Shown piece by piece: positions 27,910 to 36,300 of a DNA stretch of 64,000 nucleotides. Source of the stretch: Desulfurococcaceae archaeon (lineage in GTDB: Archaea > Thermoproteota > Thermoprotei_A > Sulfolobales > Desulfurococcaceae). The notes under the pieces are model-generated. The model was not told where the DNA came from. It saw only the letters and a list, made by a program, of their open reading frames with translations, and ran no database searches. How positions within the stretch are numbered: position 1 is the first letter of the stretch; the number at the start of each line of letters is the position of its first letter. The translations under genes and the position numbers were made by a program. The stretch lies in NCBI GenBank assembly GCA_038824035.1, contig JAWBBW010000002.1, positions 90,497 to 154,496 of the forward strand. The letters are read 5' to 3'.

Positions 27910-29358
27910 CTATCCTTTCACCACACCTATCGGTATCATCCTTATCACAGGCTTAGCTATTTTAACTTTGTGAGCAACTAGCACAACTCTGTCGACATCT
28001 TTATATGCTTCTGGTGCTTCTTCACTCAATACCCTACGAGTAGCCGCTCTGACCAATATTCCCTTACGGTTTAATTCGTTGATCACTTTTTCTGGGGTAT
28101 GAGATCTTATCGCATCACCTCTGCTTAACCATCTGCCAGCTCCATGGGGGGCGCTGTACCAGGTTCTAGCGCCTTCTGGTATACCTACCAATATATAGCT
28201 GGCTGTGCCCATACTACCCGGTATCAAGACTGGTTGTCCAATGTTCATATAATCGCTTGGAATCTCTGGATGTCCTGGTGGAAAGGCACGAGTAGCCCCT
28301 TTTCTATGGACGACTACTTTGTACTTCTTATTATCAATGACGTGTTCCTCCACCTTAGCAATATTGTGTGCGACATCGTATATGGTCTCTATACCCAGGG
28401 TCTCTGGATCCTTTTTAAATACCTGCCTAAAACTTTCTCTCACCCAGTGCGTTATTATCTGCCTATTTGTCCATGCAAAATTCGCCGCCGCCGCCATGGC
28501 TTTGAAATAATCCTGTGCTTCAGGAGATTGGAAGGGGAGTGCCGCCAACTCTCTATCAGGTACCGTGATCCCATATTTTCTCATAGCCCTTTCCATGATC
28601 ATTAGATAATCGCTTGCGACCTGATGTCCAAGCCCCCTGCTACCAGTGTGTATCATTATCGTTATCTGGCCTGTTTCAGTTATACCCATTACCTTTGCTA
28701 TTTCATAGTCATATATTTGATCGACAACTTGTATCTCGAGAAAATGATTCCCAGCACCCAGAGTTCCCAATTGCTCGTGTCCTCTTCTCTTAGCTACATT
28801 GCTCACCTTGCTAGCATCCGCTACATTCATACATCCCTTTTCTTCTATGTGTTCTATGTCCCTTTTCCACCCAAATCCATGTTCCACTGCCCATTTAACA
28901 CCATTTTCCAATACCTCGTCAAGATCTCTGAGACTTAGTCTTAATTGACCAGTAGCGCCAACACCACTGGGTATATTCCTGAACAATGCATCGACTAATT
29001 CCTTTATCTTGTCTTTTATATCGTCTACTGAAAGATTTGTCCTCAACACTCTTACTCCACAATTAATGTCGTATCCAACACCACCTGGACTAATCACGCC
29101 CTCTTCTAAATCAAAACCAGCTACCCCTCCTATTGGGAATCCATATCCCTGATGGCCATCAGGCATCACATATGAATATAACCGTATACCTGGTAAACAA
29201 GCAACATTTACCGCTTGTTCGAGCGTAAGGTCGCTTTCCATTTTTTCAAGCAAATATTCATCAGCGAATATGATCGCATCTGTTTTCATACATGATTTGT
29301 AACCGGCGGGAATTCTCCACTCGTAATTATCAATTCTCTCTAACCTTGCACGCGGCAT
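27910..29358 (-). CDS. rtcB: tRNA-splicing ligase RtcB
   Basis: MPDGHQGYGFPIG, GYDINCGVR, GTLGAGNHF, HTGSRG, HRKGATR and HGAGR motifs. Confidence 0.97.
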   Translation of the reverse strand: MPRARLERIDNYEWRIPAGYKSCMKTDAIIFADEYLLEKMESDLTLEQAVNVACLPGIRLYSYVMPDGHQGYGFPIGGVAGFDLEEGVISPGGVGYDINCGVRVLRTNLSVDDIKDKIKELVDALFRNIPSGVGATGQLRLSLRDLDEVLENGVKWAVEHGFGWKRDIEHIEEKGCMNVADASKVSNVAKRRGHEQLGTLGAGNHFLEIQVVDQIYDYEIAKVMGITETGQITIMIHTGSRGLGHQVASDYLMIMERAMRKYGITVPDRELAALPFQSPEAQDYFKAMAAAANFAWTNRQIITHWVRESFRQVFKKDPETLGIETIYDVAHNIAKVEEHVIDNKKYKVVVHRKGATRAFPPGHPEIPSDYMNIGQPVLIPGSMGTASYILVGIPEGARTWYSAPHGAGRWLSRGDAIRSHTPEKVINELNRKGILVRAATRRVLSEEAPEAYKDVDRVVLVAHKVKIAKPVIRMIPIGVVKG

Positions 29359-29402
29359 TTAAAACACCTATTTATTTTAATCGGAAAAATGGTTTTAATG
29401 TA

Positions 29403-30707
29403 TTATTGCACGGAGAGTTGGTTTCGCTTCAAATACTCAGATATTTCATTAAGGTCTACGTGTAATTGATATCCAGTTTTCATGTCTTTCAACAATACCT
29501 TATTATTTTTATATTCTCTTTCACCAATAATCAGCACTTTATCAAATCCTTTTTTACCTGCGTATTCCAGTATTCTGGATAACGATCTATGCCTATATAC
29601 GGAAAACGAAGTATTGTCCAAGGATCTCAATCTCCCTAAAATATCATAGCCTTTACTTAATGGGATATCGCCCACTAATGCCACTAAGACTTTCGATCTA
29701 GTGTCGACCAATTCACGCAGATCCTTCTCTAAGACTAAGACCACCCTATCTAACCCTAGTGCTAATCCAGTGAAGTATTCAAAAACACCTTTATAGACCA
29801 CTGAGAGACCATCGTATCTTCCCCCACCACCGATACTTACATCTAGATTACTTGGAACTTTGTACTCAAAGATTAAGCCAGTATAGTATGCTAATCCCCG
29901 CACTAGTTTGGGATCATATCTAACATCATAACCGAGTTCTTTCAATGTATAGATAAATCCAACCAATCTATTGTATTCGTTCACGACTTTTTCATAATCA
30001 TCTCTAAATATGTTCTTCATATCGTTTATGAAGCCCTCGAGCTTGTCGAGTTTAAGCTCCGTTATTTCCTTAAATAAATCTACGTATTCAGAGCTAGTTG
30101 TACTCAATAATACCTCGATCGCTTTATCTATCATGTCCTTATCTATCAGGTGTAATACATGATCTTGTGTTTCTTCGGAAATTCCAATGTTTTTCATAAA
30201 TGCCCTATAGATCGCCACATTCCCGACAACGTAATGGTGTTTAATGCCTATATCATCTAAAAAAGAACTGGCAGTATATGCTACTAGAACATCTGCATTG
30301 ACATCGGGATCTCCTATTATCTCTAAACCGCCTTGCCAGAACTCCCTGTACCTAGCATATTGGGGTTCTTCGTATCTAAAGCACTGTGAAATATAATACA
30401 GTCTAATAGGCTTTGATTCACCACGCATGTGTCTTAAATAAGCTCTAACAACGCTGGCAGTAACCTCTGGTCTTAAAGCTACTAATCTGCCGGCTTTATC
30501 CTCAAATACATACATAGATTTCCTTATTTCCTCGCCACTTTTCACTTCAAATAGTCTTAGATATTCGATAGTAGGAGTTATTATCGGCTCGAACCCATGT
30601 AATCTCGCTATTTTCCTAAACTTAAGCATTATATATTCATATATTTCTGCATCTTTACCAACGATATCTCTCATACCTCGAGGCGGATTAAGGTACTCCT
30701 CGCTCAT
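29403..30707 (-). CDS. hisS: histidyl-tRNA synthetase
   Basis: PPRGMRD, LRPEVTA, FRYEEPQ..RYREF, RGLAYYTG and GGGRYD motifs. Confidence 0.96.
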   Translation of the reverse strand: MSEEYLNPPRGMRDIVGKDAEIYEYIMLKFRKIARLHGFEPIITPTIEYLRLFEVKSGEEIRKSMYVFEDKAGRLVALRPEVTASVVRAYLRHMRGESKPIRLYYISQCFRYEEPQYARYREFWQGGLEIIGDPDVNADVLVAYTASSFLDDIGIKHHYVVGNVAIYRAFMKNIGISEETQDHVLHLIDKDMIDKAIEVLLSTTSSEYVDLFKEITELKLDKLEGFINDMKNIFRDDYEKVVNEYNRLVGFIYTLKELGYDVRYDPKLVRGLAYYTGLIFEYKVPSNLDVSIGGGGRYDGLSVVYKGVFEYFTGLALGLDRVVLVLEKDLRELVDTRSKVLVALVGDIPLSKGYDILGRLRSLDNTSFSVYRHRSLSRILEYAGKKGFDKVLIIGEREYKNNKVLLKDMKTGYQLHVDLNEISEYLKRNQLSVQ

Positions 30708-30708
30708 G

Positions 30709-31242
30709 TTAAGTCACCAGCGGCGTGATTGAATTGATCTCGTAATATGTCAAATCTCCCTGTAAACTTACAATGGCCAGGATTATTGATAAGTTATTTT
30801 TCATAGCTTCACTCACCAGGTTTATCAATAGATCCGGGCTTATCATCATTTTCTCCTCTAATACTATAACCAACTTGAGATCACCTGTCTTGTCCTTCAC
30901 TATTAAACGCATATCTCCCAATACTCTTACTCTCCTACCTCTATCTCTCAAGTCCTTATAGACTGCCAGCATTGGCCAGAAGAATTTTTCCAGGCACTCG
31001 TGTTTCTCCTTCACAAGATCATCTAGACTGTCAATCACCTTATCTCCCATAACTACACGAACTCTTTTCTGGAGAAGCAGATAGGCTATCTCCAGCATAT
31101 TTAGAACGACGCCATCTGCAACAGGGGTTCCAAACCATCTCTCTAAGAGCTCTTCTACGCGATTATCTCTCCTTGCATAACCACTACAGGTATTGTTAAT
31201 GAAAACAACACTAACCATATCATTGGACACAATTATCGCCAT
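30709..31242 (-). CDS. tRNA-splicing endonuclease structural (non-catalytic) subunit
   Basis: FG....L..LEIAYLL, VYKDLRDRG and LAIVS..GDLTYYE; catalytic Tyr/His region degenerate. Confidence 0.8.
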   Translation of the reverse strand: MAIIVSNDMVSVVFINNTCSGYARRDNRVEELLERWFGTPVADGVVLNMLEIAYLLLQKRVRVVMGDKVIDSLDDLVKEKHECLEKFFWPMLAVYKDLRDRGRRVRVLGDMRLIVKDKTGDLKLVIVLEEKMMISPDLLINLVSEAMKNNLSIILAIVSLQGDLTYYEINSITPLVT

Positions 31243-31281
31243 TATCTAGATAATTCTATGGAATACTTGATACCTTATACT

Positions 31282-31554
31282 CTAAAAACCTCGTTCCACG
31301 AGCCTTATCAAGATGCTTGTTTTAGGTAGGATCTCGATTATATTGTCAAGTAAACGATCGCATTCACCTATTAGATCCACTAATAGATGATTAGTAAATA
31401 ACTTGACCTCAACTAATACGTTTTCACATTTAAAGAGTCGTAATGACTCCATATGGTTGTACATCTCGTTACACTGTTCTTTAAGGATTTTGATAATATT
31501 TTCATAAATTTTATTGTTCTCCTTCATTATATCAATCATAACATGTTTGATCAA
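31282..31554 (-). CDS. hypothetical protein, possible degenerate S-adenosylmethionine decarboxylase fold
   Basis: KHVMIDI...HLLVDL...RLVERG resembles the class I AdoMetDC layout without ESH. Confidence 0.45.
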   Translation of the reverse strand: MIKHVMIDIMKENNKIYENIIKILKEQCNEMYNHMESLRLFKCENVLVEVKLFTNHLLVDLIGECDRLLDNIIEILPKTSILIRLVERGF

Positions 31555-31565
31555 TTTCCTCCCCT

Positions 31566-31865
31566 CTAAAAATAGTCCTTTATTAATTCTTCCACGGTTT
31601 TCTTATCAGCTACGATTATTATCTTAATGCCAGTTTCCTCGATGTATCCATATAATTCAGGATCAATTGAAAGCGTGAACAACAACCATGGATCATATTG
31701 CTCTATCAATTCTTCCAAATAATCTAGGTTTTCCGGTTTCTCAATTCTCTTAACTATCTTGTTTTCTACGACATCGTAAAGCACTATATCCTTTGCACTG
31801 TTGAAATCAACAACGTTTTCTCCGCTACATGTTATCAACACATATCTCAATATTCTTACACCCAT
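31566..31865 (-). CDS. hypothetical protein, NifX/NifB-like fold candidate
   Basis: F..A....LYDV..N.IV...ENP-like, I.P.LY..IEE.GIKII...KTVEELI pattern. Confidence 0.5.
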   Translation of the reverse strand: MGVRILRYVLITCSGENVVDFNSAKDIVLYDVVENKIVKRIEKPENLDYLEELIEQYDPWLLFTLSIDPELYGYIEETGIKIIIVADKKTVEELIKDYF

Positions 31866-31959
31866 TTACTCTTATGGAATAATTATGTTATTATGCTATT
31901 CGTTATAATAAGGGGTTTTAGAACCTTATAACTCACAATAACAAATCAGCGGGGTCGAC

Positions 31960-32838
31960 ATGATCTATATAGACATGGAAAGAGCGCTCACAATAGCCAG
32001 GTTATTTGATAAAATACGTGATATCATACCTCAGCTCGAAATAAGAGACCCTCAATATCTTGCATTGAAAAAACTTATAAGTAAACGGGGATGTAATGAG
32101 GCAGCATTGTTGACTATATGTAATAGCTTAGTAAGCTATCAATTACTGATCCCAGGTGAAGAATATTGGTCATTGTTTGCAGATTACTTCTCAAGAATGC
32201 CAAGCACAAGCCTGATCGAAGATCTCCTCGAGTTCATGAAGGCGAATAACTATAGGTTTTTAACGAATAAGATAAATAGGGTTAAAAGATTTTTGTACTC
32301 AAATCTAGCTCATAGACTGAGAGATAATGGTCTAGGGTTCTGTGAAAACCCATGTTCATTGTATAAAGACTTATTAGTAGAACTGAAGGCGGATAAGTAT
32401 TCGAAAACCATAGCATTTGCGATCAAAATGTACACTTACCTATGTGATATCTGCGGAGTTAAGGTTAATTCGTTTCTCGATATACCTCTCCCGTTAGATC
32501 GTAGGAACGTGTTATTCTCGATCACGAGTTGTCTCGTCAAGGGCTGTAATTCCGTGGCCACATGCACTAGTATTCTATATAAAGAAAATAAGCTCAAAGA
32601 GATGCTCCTAAAGACTTGGAACAATATATGCAGGTTATCGGGAATTCCGTGTATAAAAATAGATGTTTTTACATGGTTGTTTACCGGTGTTTTGGAGAAA
32701 GTAAGATTTAACGCTAACAAGGTTATTCAAGTATTTAGAGAAAAATATGAGGTAGAAATACCGTTTGAGGTAGTTTACGAGTTCTCTAGATGTGGGGGTT
32801 TACATGAATGCACTAGAAATACTGGAAAATATCGCTAA
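31960..32838 (+). CDS. N-glycosylase/DNA lyase (archaeal 8-oxoguanine glycosylase AGOG)
   Basis: E..DPQY, NSLVSYQL...GEEYW, KTIAFAIKM (catalytic Lys), IPLPLDRR (catalytic Asp), SGIP...ID..TW. Confidence 0.88.
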   Translation: MIYIDMERALTIARLFDKIRDIIPQLEIRDPQYLALKKLISKRGCNEAALLTICNSLVSYQLLIPGEEYWSLFADYFSRMPSTSLIEDLLEFMKANNYRFLTNKINRVKRFLYSNLAHRLRDNGLGFCENPCSLYKDLLVELKADKYSKTIAFAIKMYTYLCDICGVKVNSFLDIPLPLDRRNVLFSITSCLVKGCNSVATCTSILYKENKLKEMLLKTWNNICRLSGIPCIKIDVFTWLFTGVLEKVRFNANKVIQVFREKYEVEIPFEVVYEFSRCGGLHECTRNTGKYR

Positions 32839-33397
32839 AGCTATATACGATAATTCATTTGACCATGGATTACCCCATGTAGAAAGGGTGTTGAAATGGA
32901 CTTATAGAATTATTGAGGCAGAGAAATTGGAAATAGATGAGGAGATATTGAGGCTTTCCGTGTACCTACACGATATAGGACGAGTGATCGGAGAACCACA
33001 TGGTCATTACTCTATGATGATCGCGGAGGAATTGATGCGAGAAATCGGCTATAATGAGGACTATATAATGAGAGTGCTAAATGCCATAGCTTATCATAGT
33101 TTTAGTTTCAGTAAACACTATAAAATAGAGCCCCTGTGCGAAGAAGCCAAGATCCTGAGCGACGCTGATAAAATAGATGCACTTGGGATCGTAGGCCTCT
33201 TACGTGTTTTTTCGTATTCATTTAAGTTAAATAGGAATATGCAAGACACGCTTGAACATTTTTACGAAAAGATCTTCAATTTGGAAAAGTATATGCATTA
33301 TAATTTTTCTAAGAGAATTGCAAGAGTGTATATTACTAGAATTAAATTAATCTTAAGGGCGCTCGTTGAAGAAATCTCGGGGGTATTTTATCGATAA
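32804..33397 (+). CDS. HD-domain phosphohydrolase
   Basis: HGLPHVERV, LHDIGR, DADKIDALG motifs. Confidence 0.88.
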   Translation: MNALEILENIAKAIYDNSFDHGLPHVERVLKWTYRIIEAEKLEIDEEILRLSVYLHDIGRVIGEPHGHYSMMIAEELMREIGYNEDYIMRVLNAIAYHSFSFSKHYKIEPLCEEAKILSDADKIDALGIVGLLRVFSYSFKLNRNMQDTLEHFYEKIFNLEKYMHYNFSKRIARVYITRIKLILRALVEEISGVFYR

Positions 33398-33445
33398 TTA
33401 ACTATATTATTAACCTCAATTACCTAAAATCTTATTATTGACAGG

Positions 33446-34327
33446 GTGTACTTATTGAATACCAGCTTAACAATAGCAAGACAGTTAATTCATGGCGCCA
33501 TTAAAGGCCTGAACGCTTACATAAAGCCAGGTGGACTTCATAGGATCAAGCCCAAAAGAGTGTTCGATGAAATAATATGTAATTTGATAACGACTCTAGA
33601 TAGTGTAGTGGAGGGTATTGAACTGGGTGATAAAATTCGAAAAGGGGAATTGTCACTGGCCGGTTTAGATCAAGGTAAGCTATTATCAAAGGCGATAAGA
33701 GAAATATATAGAAATTGTAATGTTGTTCACCCACAATATGTAATACCACTGATAGTGGGCGGTATTGCCATAGGGTTAAGTAATGCCGAAAATATATTAG
33801 AGGATTGGGGTAAGTTGAAAAAAGCCATGGATATGATATGTTCTATTAACAGATGGAATGAGTTGAAACAATTGATCGAAACCCTGAGAGCTGTGGGAAG
33901 AGTTGACATGTATGAACACTTGCAATCAACAGGTATTTCTCAAATAACAATAATTCGAATGGGAGCGTCTTTCGACGACTTATATAGGGTTCTAAGTTCT
34001 AAATGGCCGGGTTTCTCTGTGATAGAATCCCGCGAAAACATATTATACAATAATATTAAAAGACTAGTAGATATTAACCGGGAATATCAAAGCTTGAACC
34101 ACAGCATTATAGCACTATACATGGAAATGATAGAATCCAGGGTCCCTGTTAATCTAAAGAATAAGTTGCATGAGGTGCGTAAATATAAATATATGCAAAC
34201 AGCAGAAGGAGTTAAAATGCTCTACGAACTCGATATATTATTCAAAAAGAATGGAATATCGTTCGAGGATGTCACAGAGGTCATAACTATGCTCTCCGCT
34301 TATGCATCTTTCGAGGGGTTGAAATAG
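33446..34327 (+). CDS. hypothetical protein, CitG (triphosphoribosyl-dephospho-CoA synthase)-like candidate
   Basis: N-terminal KPGGLHR resembles CitG-family KPGNVHR; all-helical; remainder divergent. Confidence 0.45.
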   Translation: MYLLNTSLTIARQLIHGAIKGLNAYIKPGGLHRIKPKRVFDEIICNLITTLDSVVEGIELGDKIRKGELSLAGLDQGKLLSKAIREIYRNCNVVHPQYVIPLIVGGIAIGLSNAENILEDWGKLKKAMDMICSINRWNELKQLIETLRAVGRVDMYEHLQSTGISQITIIRMGASFDDLYRVLSSKWPGFSVIESRENILYNNIKRLVDINREYQSLNHSIIALYMEMIESRVPVNLKNKLHEVRKYKYMQTAEGVKMLYELDILFKKNGISFEDVTEVITMLSAYASFEGLK

Positions 34328-34328
34328 C

Positions 34329-35024
34329 TTATATTGTTATACCAACTATTCTGCCTCTCGCCGGTAACGACACGTTATATATCTTTACATCATTGATCTC
34401 AATCATTTCGATCCTGCCTTGATGAGCATGCCCATGTATTACTAGATCAACTAATTTCTTATCAATAATTGTTTTCCCGAGATTTTGCGATGCCAAGAAC
34501 GGGTATATAGAGACAGGTTCTCCTACTAGGTTTTTATAGGTCACACCGTAATGAGATATTAATATTGTTATTGAGCAATCCTTGTTCTTAGCTAAGTGGA
34601 TCAATTCTAGTAACTTATGTGGAAGAGAGCGATAATGTTTTTCAAGCCCTGGTAAATTTTTACGTTGCCATGTAGTCAATTCGTCAAGAGCGCCTCTAGT
34701 TCCTACGAAACATATGTTTTTTGTCCCCACGTTCACTAACATGTATTCATCTTTTAGCCAGTTTATACATGGATATTCTCTTTTATACCTATCTTCAAAA
34801 CCCCAATATTCTTCGTTTCCATAAACCGCTATCATTAATGTACCTGGAAATCTCTTCTTGACAAGCTCGTAAATGGGTTTTAATGCATAGATGTTGTTCC
34901 TTTCCACCATGTCGCCGGCGAATATAAAGACGTTTGGCTCTTCTCTTATTTCCTCTATAGCTTTCATGAACATATTCAAATATCTAGGACTATGCACATC
35001 CGAAGTAGCCAATATGCGAACCAA
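34329..35024 (-). CDS. calcineurin-like metallophosphoesterase
   Basis: SDVH, AGD, GNEE, SHY and HGHAH motifs. Confidence 0.88.
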   Translation of the reverse strand: MVRILATSDVHSPRYLNMFMKAIEEIREEPNVFIFAGDMVERNNIYALKPIYELVKKRFPGTLMIAVYGNEEYWGFEDRYKREYPCINWLKDEYMLVNVGTKNICFVGTRGALDELTTWQRKNLPGLEKHYRSLPHKLLELIHLAKNKDCSITILISHYGVTYKNLVGEPVSIYPFLASQNLGKTIIDKKLVDLVIHGHAHQGRIEMIEINDVKIYNVSLPARGRIVGITI

Positions 35025-35082
35025 GACCTCTCCCTTATTTTTAAATCCTTAATCCCATGTTAAATGATAAAGGGGTGATATC

Positions 35083-35319
35083 ATGACTATTGGCATGCTT
35101 AAGGGTGCAAATAAAGCCGGTCATAAGGGATGGACAACAGAGAAATGTATATTATGTTCAACAGTACTGGATTTCTTTGTCAGCTATGATACCAAGAACA
35201 TATATTATTGCCCTAAGTGCCTAGAGCAAGGCATAAAGGCATATTTCTGCGTTGCTGATGCCCGGAAAGTTCACTATAGATGTCCTTATTGTAAAACGGA
35301 GCTAAGACAGTATTTCTAA
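35083..35319 (+). CDS. small zinc-finger protein
   Basis: CILC, CPKC, FC and CPYC; GGGGTGA RBS. Confidence 0.7.
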   Translation: MTIGMLKGANKAGHKGWTTEKCILCSTVLDFFVSYDTKNIYYCPKCLEQGIKAYFCVADARKVHYRCPYCKTELRQYF

Positions 35320-35549
35320 GACTCTAAATGCTTTTGTCGAATATCCTCGGAGTTGTTGATCAGTATTTTTATAGCTCTTGTAGGACATAGCGGTACACAT
35401 CCATAACACTCTATACAGTTGTCTTCATGTACAATAATTTCGTTTTCTTCGAATCTAAACACACCCGTTGGACAATGATATACACACAACATGCACTTAT
35501 TACATCTATCGGTATCTACCTTGATTTTAACCATAGGGGTTATCCTCAA
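35316..35549 (-). CDS. 2x[4Fe-4S] ferredoxin
   Basis: CNKCMLCVYHCP and CIECYGCVPLCP; probable start at the MVKI ATG. Confidence 0.9.
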   Translation of the reverse strand: MRITPMVKIKVDTDRCNKCMLCVYHCPTGVFRFEENEIIVHEDNCIECYGCVPLCPTRAIKILINNSEDIRQKHLES

Positions 35550-35634
35550 ATATCGTGATTATATTGATATTATAATCCCTGAGCAAGTAAAATTATCACA
35601 TTGTACTCAAAATTAATAATGGTGATCCAGTGAA

Positions 35635-36300
35635 ATGGCGTTAATAAAAGCGGATCTCCATATACATTCTATTTACAGCGATGGCAAAGGAAGCCCCATT
35701 GAAATACTTCACACCTCTATGAGCAAAAATATAGGTATAATTTCAATAACAGATCACGACACATTTGAGGGTAGTATTAAGGCACGCGCCCTCTCAAAAA
35801 ATAAGGAATTACCCCTCGTCATTCTAGGTATCGAGATGAGAACAGATAAAGGCGATATATTGGTATATTGCATAAACCAAGTGAATCTACCTAAAAGACT
35901 AGATGATTTAATCGATAAGGCCCACGATGAAAATTGTCTAATAGTTCCAGCCCACCCATTCGATATTTTCAAGCTAGGGATCGGAGATGAGATCTTCAAT
36001 TATAGAGATTGGGATGCCATAGAGATTTGGAATGCCACTGCATCTAAGGGTTCGAATTACGAGGCTATTAGGGCCGCTAAGCTTTTAGAGAAGCCTGGTA
36101 TAGCTAATAGTGATGCCCACGTATTAGAGGCCATAGGGGTCGCTCACACGATCATAGAAATAGACGATCTAAAGCCGGAACTTGTCTTAGAGGCTATAAG
36201 GAAAAATAATGTAAGGCCAATATTCGGTACATTATCAACTAAGACATATGCCAAAATGCTTGCATGGGGTCTGGAACGAAGAATTAGGAAAATCTTTTAA
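35635..36300 (+). CDS. PHP-domain metal-dependent phosphoesterase
   Basis: DLHIHS.YSDG, ITDHD, AHPF and NSDAH motifs. Confidence 0.9.
   Translation: MALIKADLHIHSIYSDGKGSPIEILHTSMSKNIGIISITDHDTFEGSIKARALSKNKELPLVILGIEMRTDKGDILVYCINQVNLPKRLDDLIDKAHDENCLIVPAHPFDIFKLGIGDEIFNYRDWDAIEIWNATASKGSNYEAIRAAKLLEKPGIANSDAHVLEAIGVAHTIIEIDDLKPELVLEAIRKNNVRPIFGTLSTKTYAKMLAWGLERRIRKIF

Noticed and set aside
17544-29358. Inteins in RadA, Top6 or RtcB
   Set aside because: RadA and RtcB have normal lengths and continuous motifs; the Top6A inserts are short and lack intein termini
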